From Camelus dromedarius (taxonomy: Eukaryota): DNA of 64,000 bases. The stretch spans positions 103,604,001-103,668,000 of the forward strand of contig NC_087436.1 in NCBI RefSeq assembly GCF_036321535.1, in the 5' to 3' direction. The position numbers and the translations under genes are program-made. Below are positions 52,672 through 64,000 of the stretch, in pieces (the first letter of the stretch is position 1; each line of letters opens with the position of its first letter). The notes beneath the pieces are model-generated. The model was not told where the DNA came from and ran no database searches. It saw only the letters and a list, made by a program, of their open reading frames with translations.

Positions 52672-54329
52672 TGATTCTGGTAAGTTCTCCCTGAAATCCA
52701 GAGGTGGATATTATGACCTTGAATTCTATTATAAACCAGAATCTTTAATAAGGACTAAATGTAGTTGATCAGAAACATATAACAACCACAAAAGAAACCC
52801 CACATTGCAGCTGTTTTCTCAAAATCCTTCATTATTTATAAATATATGTCAAACATCTAATATATACACTGGGACTAAAGCTAAACAAGAAAAGCAGAGT
52901 CCTGAGCCTTCATGGAGCTTCTACTGCAGTAGAGTGAACTAGCCAAACTGCAGACCAGGAAAAAAAAAAGTAATTGTATGTTATAATGAGCAGAATGAAG
53001 GAGAGAAAATGCTTTGACAGAGAAGAAAGGGGCCAGACAAATCTTCAGATGATACTAGGTGATCAAGGAAAGTCTCTGCAAGGAAGTACACAGTGTCCAG
53101 AGAAAAATTAAGCCAGTCTTACGAACGATCCAGGCCAGCCCACCTGCAAATTGCTCACTGAGGCAGGTAAGAAAGTACACTGACATGAGTGAGGACTATT
53201 ACTTAATTTGCTTATTTATCTGTCTATGGAAGTGGAGGAGAGAAGAGAAGAACGTAAGAGTGAATTCATAAAATACTGCAAGTGAAAATCCAAGATGATC
53301 TCAGTCAGTGGTTCTCAACAGGAGAACCATGTCAGTATCACCAGGAGCTCTCTAAGCCTCTGTGAGCCTACTCTCATTAATACATAAAATAAAATCTTTC
53401 CTAGTGGGCAACAGAGACCCAGCCCACAACAAAGAATGTGTCCAGAGATCCAGAACGTTTGGCCTTGCAGACTTCAATCTGGCTGACCTGGAGTCATGGG
53501 ACATAAATTATTCCAATTTCACTCTATTCTCTCTGGCAGAAGTTTATTTTAGTCTTCGCCACTGATGTGGTGTGTTATATTTAATGGTGTTCCATGCAAA
53601 AGTACAACATATTCCTCAAAAGGACAGAGCCTTGGGTTGCTCCACAAAATAATTCTCCTTCTTTAGGAGACTCGGAAACATTCTCAACTAATATAGAAAG
53701 AGCTTTGATATCTGGCACACTGCATTATCGTCTAAACAGTTCATGTTTACAGTGCACAGGCATTTTTCTTTAGCAAAGCAAAAAAACACCAAATTTTTCT
53801 TTCTCTTTTATTAGGTTTAAGGTAGAAAAGAAACATTTCTAAGGAATTATTTTATCTTCAATTTTTACTGTGCTTCTTCTCTCACAGTTAAATAGAAAAC
53901 ATTGCACAAGTATTTTCTATGAAGGCTCTATATTCTTTATGCCAAGGATTCTCTGAACTTGATGTGTTTCAGAATGCTGAGATACAGAAATTAGAATGTC
54001 TAGTGACCAGATCTTGTGCCCCTGTGATCATAACTCAACTGAGCATTTACAGCACCTGTTTGGTAAGATGGCATCTTGGTGTCCAATATTCAGCTGTAAC
54101 TGATAGGAAGAATGTGAAATTTTTTCCACGTTTCCTTTCTCAAAGATGAAACTAGAAGTATTGTTAATGAGATACTGTTCTTTTAGAAAAGATACTCTCA
54201 GAAAAGACTTGAAATCATGCCTAGATGAAATGCAAGTGTCTCAGAGAATGAAGGAAGAGATACTGCAAAATGTGTCTATGAAGTTAAAGTCAGCATGTTA
54301 AATTGCTTAATCCTCTCCTGGGTGGAGAT

Positions 54330-54381
<52 letters not shown>
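54330..54381. repeat. (TAGA)13 microsatellite
   Basis: Direct reading. Confidence 0.95.
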
Positions 54382-54441
54382 ATCTATAGCCATATCCATA
54401 TATATGTGTATGTGTATATATATATGGAGAGAGAGAGAAAG

Positions 54442-54831
54442 TGCTATGTACTGAATTGTTTCCTATCAAAATTCTTATGTTGAAAGCCCTAACCCCCATC
54501 ACCTCAGAATGTGACTGTCTTTTGACATGAGGTCTTTACAGAGCTAATTAAGGTTAATTGAGGTCATCAAGGTACGCCCTTATCCAATATGACTGACATC
54601 CTTCTAAGAAGAGGAGACTAGGACACAGACACAGGAAAAATCATATGAGGGCGTGAAGACGCAGGAAGAAGACAGCAATCTGCAAGCCAAGGAGAGAAAA
54701 ACAGAAGAAATCAACTTTGCTTAACAACTTGATCTCAAACTTCTATCCTGCAGAATTGCAAAAAAATCACTTTCTATTGTTTAAGCCACCAGTCTGTGGT
54801 ATTTGTTATGGCAATCCTAACAGACTAATAA
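54442..54831 (+). mobile_element. MLT1B-like solo LTR
   Basis: tgctatgtactgaattg...cctcagaatgtgactgt...ttgtttaagccaccagtctgtggtatttgttatggca. Confidence 0.85.
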
Positions 54832-55004
54832 GTATGTGTGTATATACATGTATATATATATAAACATATATGTATGAATATATATACATACATATATTTA
54901 TGTATCTATATAATGAATACCACCTACACAATATCTACAAATATGGTCTTTTGTTAATGATGATGTTAGAAGTCCAATTCTTACAGAAAATGTCAAGTAC
55001 ACTC

Positions 55005-57550
55005 ACAGCAGCCCTTGTTACTTATAGCACATCTGGCAGCTTACTCCAGAAAGTCAGTGGCATAAACAACTATATTGTTATACTCATGATTTCTGTGAGT
55101 CAGGAATTTGCTCAGAGGATAGCAGGAATGGTTTGTCTCTGTTCTGCAATGACTGGGGCTTCAGGTAGGAGGAATCAAATAGTTGGAGGTGACTCCAAGG
55201 GATGAGAACTAGAACTAAGACTGAAAGATCTGCTTCCAAGATGACTTATTCACTCAAACATGTGACATCTAGCTGAGAGGACAAGAATGCTGGTAACAGC
55301 TGATAATGTTGACAGATGCTACTACACCTCACCTCTCTACGTGGCGTAGGTTCAAAGCGTGACAGCTGGTTTCCAAGAGGCAGCAACCTGAGAGGGAGAG
55401 TTCCAAAAGAACCTAAAAGAAGTTGCAAAGCCTTTATATGAAATCACAGGACTGCCCAGAATCTGGGGGAGGGGACATAATCACCATCTATTGAAGGAAG
55501 TAATGCCAAAGATTTTGTGTAGTGTATTTCCAAACCTCCAAAAGACATGCTGTCTTTTGGTCACAAGTTATTTGAATTCCTTCCATATAAATAATACACT
55601 CATTCTCTTTAAATAGTACTCAAAGAATCATCCCATTGTAGTATCAGTCTCTGGGTCAAATTTAGGATTGTGTCAACTAAACTAAGTTAAAGTGTGGAAA
55701 AGAGTCATTAGCATCCTCTTATCTGAAAAGTGGTGAACTAAAGACCGGCTATCAACCCCACAACGACCCAACATGCAGTACTAAGATGGGCATAGAATAA
55801 ACATAGATACTTGTGTTTTAAAAGGATACTGGGACGTACATGATCCCCGGATCACAGTAATTCTGAAATCCAAGTAGGCACATATTGCCAGAACTTAGAT
55901 TATTGTCCTGTTCTAGTTTATGGGCGTTGTTCTCCATTGATCTTAGCTCCAGCCTCTAGACTCTGAACTCTCCCTTTTAGTTATTCTTCCATTTCCATAA
56001 AAATAACCCTAAATTTGTTGAGGATTTTTTTCAACCTTTTCCCTGACCATTAAAGTATGGAGGTCCAAGAGCCTTTTTGTTTTGCTCTGTCTCTCTCACT
56101 TTTAGTCCAAGCTGGTGGTGTTTCTGCCAAAATAGTTATCTTAAAAACGTTGTCAGCTTCTTATGTATCAATTATAAGTCCACACCTGAATAAAAGTCAC
56201 ACTCACAAATCTCTTCCTAAGGTATGCTTTGCTCAGGCCTGGTATGAGGCTATTGTGGGACAACTTCCTAAAGATTCCAGGAAACTCTATTGCTAAACAG
56301 AGAGGGTCTATGAGGTGTAACCATAAAGATTGCTTTTTGGCTGGGAAGAATTATGAAGTATCACATTTAAATATTTTTGTGATCTAAACAAAAGATGTTA
56401 TAGTCTCACCCTTGATTTCTTTACCCTAAGAATACATATTCCCGTTTGTGTCCTGGATTTTATCTGCCCTAGGAGACACTGAGGGTGATAAATATTTTCA
56501 AGCACAGAAAGTCTTGAATATTGTTTTAGTTCTTCTAGATAACTATTTTAAAACTGAATATCTCCTTTTTAGCTCATTTCTCTATAGTTTATCTTATAAT
56601 ATGCAGCTAAAGGAAACCAGTTAACATTTTTTACATTATTTCTGAAAATTTTCTTAGCCAGATGCATCAGTTCATTAAGAATGTTATCCTTTTTTCACAT
56701 TTCTACTGGTGGCAATATTTAAATTTTTTGAATTGCTATATTATAAGGATCTTCTTTCCTTCAGGTTTCAACAACATTTCCCTCAATCTCTTTTAAGCCC
56801 CCACCAACAGCTTCCTTGAGGCTTTTCTAGCTTCTATTAATAAGCTCCTAAAGGCCTTGTTTAATCATCACTAACCTCAAAAGCACATGTTTTAGGTTTT
56901 TAAACATCACCAATCTCAATGGTGCATTTTATGGTTTTGTTACAGCAGCATCTCACTTCTGATACCAAATTTTGTCCCAGTTGCCATTTCTGCATTAAAA
57001 AAATCCCAAAACTTAGTGGAATAAAATAATTTTATCATGCTCACAGTTCTGTGAGGTAGTAACTCAGACAGGGCACAGTGGGGATGGCTTATGTTTGGGA
57101 TATTTGGGGCCTCAGCTGGGTAAAGTTGAACAGCCAGGGATGACTTGCACATTGGGCATTCCAGTAACTGGAACTGAAGGATTCATTTTCAGGATGCCTT
57201 ATTCACTCACAACTGGCCCCTGGACTGAAGGCTTAGCTCAGCTCAGACTATTAACTAGAGCATGTATGCCCAACTTGTCTCTGGGACTTGGGCTTCTCAT
57301 GGCATGGTGACTGCTGTCAAAAAGGGGACATTCCAAGAGGGAACTTCCAGAGAGAAAGTGTTCCATAAGAACCAGGTAGAAGCCTTTTGGCTTTTTATGA
57401 CCTCACCTCAGAAGTCACATAGCATTATTCCTGCCATATTTCATTGGTCAAAGCATTTATAAGCCCACTCAAATTTAAGAGAAGGGGACATAGACAACTG
57501 CTCAGTGAAGGAATGTCAAAAGCTTGGGAGTCTTTTTTTAAACTGCCACA
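55005..57550 (-). mobile_element. Two-LTR MLT1 (MLT1G/H-like) provirus: LTR ~55005-55525, internal, LTR ~56973-57550
   Basis: Two similar LTRs (atgatttctgtgagtcaggaatttg; atgctcacagttctgtgagg...aactgccaca); antisense MLT-int start tacagcagcatctcacttctgataccaaattt at 56941-56972. Confidence 0.75.
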
Positions 57551-58679
57551 AATTTTCTTGAATTCCTGACAGTAGAAGTCACTCTTTTACTAGTATCTGT
57601 TTAATTAGATATTTCTAATATGAAGACTGATATGTTACTAAAAAGAAAAAAACCTTCTTATGAAGAGTTTGAAAAAGTACCTGGATAATCTGTAATGATT
57701 AAACCATGGTTCAGTGCTGGCTTTGTAGACGAGAAAAAGTTGATGTAAAAGAAGCACATTGAAGTGGTTTATCCGTAGTTGAATTGTGGGTAGTGAGCAA
57801 AGAAAGTAAGATTCCTCATTGGCTCCTTACTCCAAGACATCAGAAGCTATGCCGAATACTGTGACTAACTCATCTCTGGTTCAATGGCTTTTTTTTTTTT
57901 TTAATATGCTGTGACTAATTGTTTCTTTTCACAATGAATGTAAACATACAAACAAATGTAAATGCATGGGCTTTAACAGTGAATGGAACTGAGTTCAAAA
58001 CCCATTTCAATCACTTACAAGTTATCTTTGAACTTGTTACACCATATTTCACATTCTTAGTATTTACCCCATCTATGAAATGGGAAAAATGATGAAAAAA
58101 AAATACCTCTCCTATGGTAATGATGTGGAAATTAAAAATAGTATCTGTGAAACTTCCAAGCAAAAAGTAAATGCTTGAGAAATAATCATCTTTATTCTTG
58201 GACCCAAAAAATGCTTTGAGCTCAAAATTATTTTATTTTTATCCATAGTGTGCATGAAAATATCATTGCTACCAAACTCACTTTATTTGTTCCTTCATCT
58301 TTATTCCTTTGCTGTAGTGTAATACAGAGATTAAATTGGATCTTTGGAATCAGACTGGCCAGGGATGACTACTGGCTCCTGGCTCCAATATTCATAGACT
58401 GTGTGACAAGTTAATTAATAGTACTGAGTCCAATTCTTCATCAAAGTGTTGTTATGTGAGAGTAAAATAAGATCATCTTTTTAAGCAGGGCATTATAATT
58501 TTTCAATAGTTCATAGCATTTATTGGCAAATGAGCAAGACACAGTGCTGTTCTTGTTGAAGACAAGTAGATACATGTGTCCTCTCAAAGGCCCCTGCCAT
58601 TTAAGAACGCAATACCTGGGCAGGTATAAAGCAGGTTAGCTAATTTGATTAAGATTCAAACACATGTGGGGCAGGAGTG

Positions 58680-58940
58680 GACAGTACGTCTGGGAATAGG
58701 GAGCGCTAGAAAGGGCACTGATTGAAGTTAGGAAATCTGGGCTTTCGTCTTGTTTCTGCTACTTACAGACTTGACTTGCCAATCCTGAGTAAGTCATTTT
58801 ATTGATCTGGGCTTCTGTTTCTTCATCTGGAAAATGGGTATCATAACATTCTCACATTGACCTCAGCAGAATTTGTGAGGTTCAAACAAGGTTATGAATA
58901 GGAAGATGCCCTGAAAACTGCAAGGCACTGTATAAAAGTA
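58680..58940. mobile_element. MIR/MIR3
   Basis: ctgagtaagtcatttattgatctgggcttctgtttcttcatctggaaaatggg. Confidence 0.65.
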
Positions 58941-59819
58941 CTGTATAAAAAGTATGTTTTTTTTTTAATTACAATTAGTGCCCAAATAGAGGAAACTAAG
59001 ATCTCAAAGCAAATGTATTGTTTTTATGCCAAGACATTTACATTTCCCTCAGCATAGGGTCTTGTTTATAGCAAGAGCATTTTCATGCCAAGGAAGGATA
59101 CTAATTAAGTATCTGCAAAAGTGAAAGGGCAGCCTTTCTATTTTTATTATAGAAACTGCAATTTAAATCTATGCAAGTAAATTTGTGTTAAATTCCTACT
59201 AGCATTTTGTTCTCTGATTTTCTGCTCACTAATTATGGATTGCAGCTATTCAGTTAAAATAAATGGAGAAGTGCATATTGTTCAGAAATATTTTATTTTC
59301 ATTTAAGGCATGATGTGGCATGACTTTTATTTTCTCTTGGATATAGCTGTTGAATTTGGATTATCTCTTATAATAGTGACAGCACAAGATTTTTTTCCTG
59401 ATATACAAAGAGAGAGGCATATGAAGCTATAGGAAAATGTAATAATATGTCCATATAGCAGCATTTTTCAAATTCTTGTTTTCCATTAAATACGGAATTA
59501 AATTTTTAAAAATCTCCTCATACAGAATTTGCCAGGCATGTTATCTTTAAGCATGCTGAGAATCTCTAGAAACTCTAAATTCTCCAATTTTGGGCAAAGA
59601 TCATGATTTATAATATATATAGTAAAAATTATCTCAGCTAGTATTTTTGATAAGTGATTATGTGCCGAGAACTTTGTTAAGTTGTTTACATGCTTTAACT
59701 CATTGAATCCTCAAAACAAAGCTACAAGGTATGTGTTATTAAGATTCTACTTTTACAGATCAGGAAATAGAGTTTAGACTTTCATCAAAAGAAGCAAATA
59801 AAAACTACTCTAAGTGTTT

Positions 59820-62800
59820 ACAGGAGAAAGTTTTAAAAACATCCTGCTGAATCATTCACAAGTTAAAGAAGAAATCATAATAGACATTTTTAAAAGATAA
59901 TAGCAAATACTATATATCAATATAAGTGGAATGCATCAAACACAGCTGTTTGAAGTTATTTATCATCTTAAATACTTATGTTAAAAATTGTAAATGCCTC
60001 AAAATGAATGAGCTATTCACACTAAGAAGTTAGGTGGTCCACTCGAAAACCATTAGCAAACCCAAACAAAATAGAAGAAAAGGGATGATAAATACAAAAA
60101 CAGAAATTCATAATTTTTTAAAAAGACCAACACACGTGAATAGAATAAAATAAATGCATGTAAAATAGACTAAAAAAAAAAAACGATCAACACAGAAAAA
60201 GTTGGTTATTTTAATAAAAATTATAACAAAATTAATTTACCCCTGTTAACTCTGTTTGAGAGACAAAGAGAGTAGAAGCAGTATTATGAATAAATACAAT
60301 CAGATAATATGAAGAATAAAAAGATGAGAAAATAGTATTCAAAACTCTTTACCATGCTTTAGGAAACAGTTAATTTACCAGGAAGAAATTAGAATCTCGA
60401 ACTCTCGTGTAATCATTAATGAAACTGAAGCAGTGGTCAAAAAAATTGATAAACATAATACCAGGCCCTGTTGGTTTTAAAAGACAAGTTCTACCAAACT
60501 TTCACCAAATTTCTGTACCTGTTCTTCTGATCAACAAAAAAAGGAGGATTACTCCTCAACTGAAAGTATAAACCTAATATAATCCTGATACCCAAACCAG
60601 ACAAATCATTATGGACCCACTTCACTCATAAGTACAGAACAAAAATTCCTAAAAAAGAAAAAACAAAATAAAGAAAAATTAATACAACAGTGCATTAAGA
60701 AGGTAATACACTATGACCAAATTGGGCTTATTCCAAGTATGCAAGAATAGTTTATAAAATCCATTAATGTAATTTTCCACAGTAATGAGCTAAAAGAGAA
60801 AATTATATAATCATCTCAATAGATACAGAAATTTGATAAAATACAAAACTCATTCATGATAATAAGCTATTAGTTAATTAGGAATAAAAAGGAATATCTT
60901 TAACCTGATTTTAAAAAACCCCAAAAAGCGCACCTTATTCTAAAGCATTAGCTTTAAAATCAAGAACAATACAAGGAAGCACAGTTATCACTTCTAACCC
61001 ACAGTGCATTGAATTCTAGCTACTAGAGTTAAGCAAACAAAAAAAATTAAAGTCACTAGAATTAGAAAGGATGACATAAAACTTTCATATTTAGATATAT
61101 TATCACTCACCTATAAACACCACAAAAATAATTAGAAATAATACCAGCATTTAATAAGGTGAATAGATATAAGCTTAATACAAAAGTCAGATGGATTTTT
61201 ATTCTCCAACAGCCAAATTATAGAAAATATAATTAAGGAGAGGACTCTACTTAGAACTGTGTCAAATAAATACTAAATGCATAAGAATAAATCCAGATAT
61301 TGATGCCCAATATTTATAAATGAAAAAATTATAAAACTCTGTGAAGCAGTATTAAGGATTACCCAAATAAAAAGAGATATAAACCATGTTGGATGGGAGG
61401 ACTTAACACCATGAAAATCTCAGTTTTCCAAAAGCTGATCTATAAGGGCAATAAAATTTTAAATAACTTTCCAAAAAATGTTTTTATTGAACTTTGTAAA
61501 GATTATTCTAATTTTGTATGGCAAATAAAGTGTCAAGCATAGCCAGGACAATTCTGAAGAGGAACAGCAGGGAATAATCTTCTTACTATACATCATGAAA
61601 TACAGTAATCATGGATAGATAATATGACCATGGATCTTTGTCATGACAGATATATTATGTAAGATGAAGAAAGCAGAGATTAATCAATCAGTAAAGCAGG
61701 GTCAAAAATAGTTAACCATATAGAAAAAAATGAAATTGGATCCCTACCTCACACGATAATGCAAAATCTATTCTATACGAATTAGGACTTAAATATCAAA
61801 AATAAAAAGGAAAACTCTTAGAAAGCATAGGTTATAATTTTTTAGCCTTTGAGATATGAAAAGATTTCTTATAATGTTTACTGTAAAAATCTAAAAATTG
61901 ATCAATTATGCTGCATTGAATTTAATAATTTCATTCAGCGAACAAAAACTTAAGGTTTTTTTAAGAAAGTGAAAATAAAAATCTCATACTTGCACAAGAT
62001 ATTTATATTATGCACAATAGCCAAAAGGTTAATGTCAAGATGATATAATACAATATAAATTAGTATCCAGAACAAATAAAAATATAGAATAATGGGCAAG
62101 AGAAACGTTAGAATCCTTCACAGAATAGGAAACTTTCGAGATTTGCAATACTAACTAATATATATAAAATAGATGAACAATAAGTTCACACTGTATAGCA
62201 CAGGGAACTATATTCAATATCTTGTAGTAACTTATGGTGAGGAAGAATATGAATATGAATATAGGTATGTTCCTGTGTGACGGAAGTATTGTGCTGTAAC
62301 GCCAGAAAGTGACAACATATTAGAGTGATTATACGTCAATAAAAAAAAAAAACAGATATAGTAAAAAAGAGTAGGAAACATAACCAATGAACATGAAGAG
62401 CTGGCCATTATATCAGAGAGATAAAAATCAAGGCCCTAATGAGATACCATTTTACAGTCTTTCAATTCACAAGAACTAAAACGTCTGAACATTCCGAATG
62501 TCAGAAAGGATCAGCCGGCCCTCTCATATTTTTCTGGCAGGGATACAAACAAGCACAATCACTTTAGAAAAGAGTTTGACTTTATAGTCTAGTATTGAAT
62601 TCGCACGTATCTGAAGGTTCAGGAATTCAACTCCTATCGTATACACGGGAGAAGCTCTTGCGAAGGTTTAAAAGAAGATCTACTGAGAATATTCATGGCA
62701 GTGCTGTCCGTAACAGCGAAAACCTGGAAATAACCCAATTGCCCACTGGAGACTATAAACAAAATGTGCTGTATTCACATGATAGAGCATTAAAATGAAC

Positions 62801-63160
62801 TCCGGTTTCACACAACAAACTGATGACTCTTAGTCATCTATTAAGTGCAATTCTAAGTCTCCAATGATTCCATGAAGCACTATATCCTGTTTTAAAAGCT
62901 GAAAATAATGAAAATAGACATATTGCTTTAAGAATGGGCATAGAGGCAGTGTAAATAAAAGCAAAGGAATGAACACAGGAGTCAGACGAAGGGGTTGGCT
63001 TGAGGATAAATCTATAGGGATGAACCATACTGCTGGATGTGGATTATTTTCAAGGTCTTAGTGTCCGTTCTGCATGGCAGACTCCCAGATGCTTATCACG
63101 TTATTAAAAACAACTCACTGAATATACAAATAAATGTGAGGCATACACTGACCATAGAGA
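59820..63160 (+). mobile_element. Highly decayed L1 (L1M5/ME-like) ORF2 to 3' UTR
   Basis: agttctaccaaactttc; aatcatctcaatagatacagaa; aaattggatccctacctcacac; aacctggaaataacccaattgccc. Confidence 0.8.
62134..62367 (+). mobile_element. Younger L1 3' end inserted into the older L1
   Basis: ctgtatagcacagggaactatattcaatatcttgtagtaac...tcaataaaaaa; TSD agaataggaaac (62122-62133) and agagtaggaaac (62368-62379). Confidence 0.85.
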
Positions 63161-64000
63161 AGAGTGTATCCAAGATAACAAAAGAAAAAAAAGAAAGAAA
63201 ATTGTATGTGTTTGGTCCTAAATACCCAGTAGAAACTCTCCCTTATGAACAATGAGGCAAATAACAATCACAGATCATTCATCGTGATTTGGATCTGTTG
63301 GCAAGCGATCTCAATTTCTAAAAATTTTTGCCCTCAGAGTTTTTCTCCCTTGGTGCAGCAGCCCCTCTATTGCCACATGCTCATCAAAGCATCCCAGTTT
63401 ATGACAATTTAAATAATTTATACAAAAAAAGGAAAGCAAAGCATGAAAATGTAAAGGCCTCTTAAATCATTTTTAAGGTTGCATAAGCATAATAAAATAA
63501 TCTGAGTAATAATTAAGTGACACCACGGGGCGAACTAAGTCTAGCTAATGAATTATGATGCTTATATTCTTTTTCAGTTTCCTATCAATGAGCCTGCATT
63601 TTAGCAAGTTAAAAAGAGAGTGTAAGCTAAGACCTCAGTGAAATTCTCTTCTTGGCCAAATAGACTGGTTTCTGAGTAGACGACTGAGATGAAACAGAAA
63701 GTAAAATTACGTTTTTCGAGACATTTCTTTTTTCTTGTAGATAGAGAAAGCATCCCTGTTTATCAAGTTCATCAACTAAGAATGTGTTGCAGAATGACAA
63801 TAAAGCTGTCACTGAGAAAATAATCCTAGTCAATTTCCTTCAGATGAGTCCGCCTACCGTGTTATCTTCTCCAAGGGAGTGAAATGGTAACACCACGGGA
63901 GCAAAAGCAGCAGGTTTGCACTGAAAGAAGACTATTATTTCGGTGGTAAAGTGAATTTGCTTAGAAGGGTCAGCAAGCAATTTAGAGCCTCGCTTTATCA

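Noticed and set aside
52379..52768. 129-aa ORF as a host gene
   Set aside because: It is the L1 ORF2 C-terminus running into flanking DNA.
63844..63886. Possible micro-exon (ttccttcag|...|gtaaca)
   Set aside because: Weak donor, no recognisable peptide and no partner exons visible.
1..64000. CRISPR array, operon or other prokaryote-type system; CpG-island promoter
   Set aside because: The sequence is mammalian repeat-rich DNA with no repeat-spacer array, no gene-dense region and no CpG island.

Overview
AT-rich, CpG-poor eutherian genomic DNA, intergenic or deep intronic, and dominated by interspersed repeats. It is most likely camelid (Vicugna/Camelus), inferred from two Vic-1-type tRNA-derived SINEs, camelid-type L1 3' ends and no visible Alu or Bov-tA/Bov-A2 SINEs. 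I found no credible intact protein-coding gene: the recognisable ORFs are L1 ORF2 or ERV-L pol remnants and the rest look like chance ORFs. The main content is an internally deleted ERV-L (MLT2) provirus nested in an old L1 5' region, two two-LTR MLT1 (MaLR) proviruses, several solo LTRs, many L1, L2 and MIR fragments, two DNA-transposon relics and microsatellites. I found no new multi-gene system. The most interesting signals are retrotransposition footprints. The best is one TSD-bounded insertion at 1121-1590 that joins an inverted 5S rRNA 5' fragment, apparently primed by the target DNA itself, to an L1 3' end with stacked mini-tails. Others are an L1 3' transduction, an orphan TSD-flanked insertion inside the ERV-L and two twin-primed L1s. 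Subfamily names are from recalled consensus similarity, and most boundaries are approximate.
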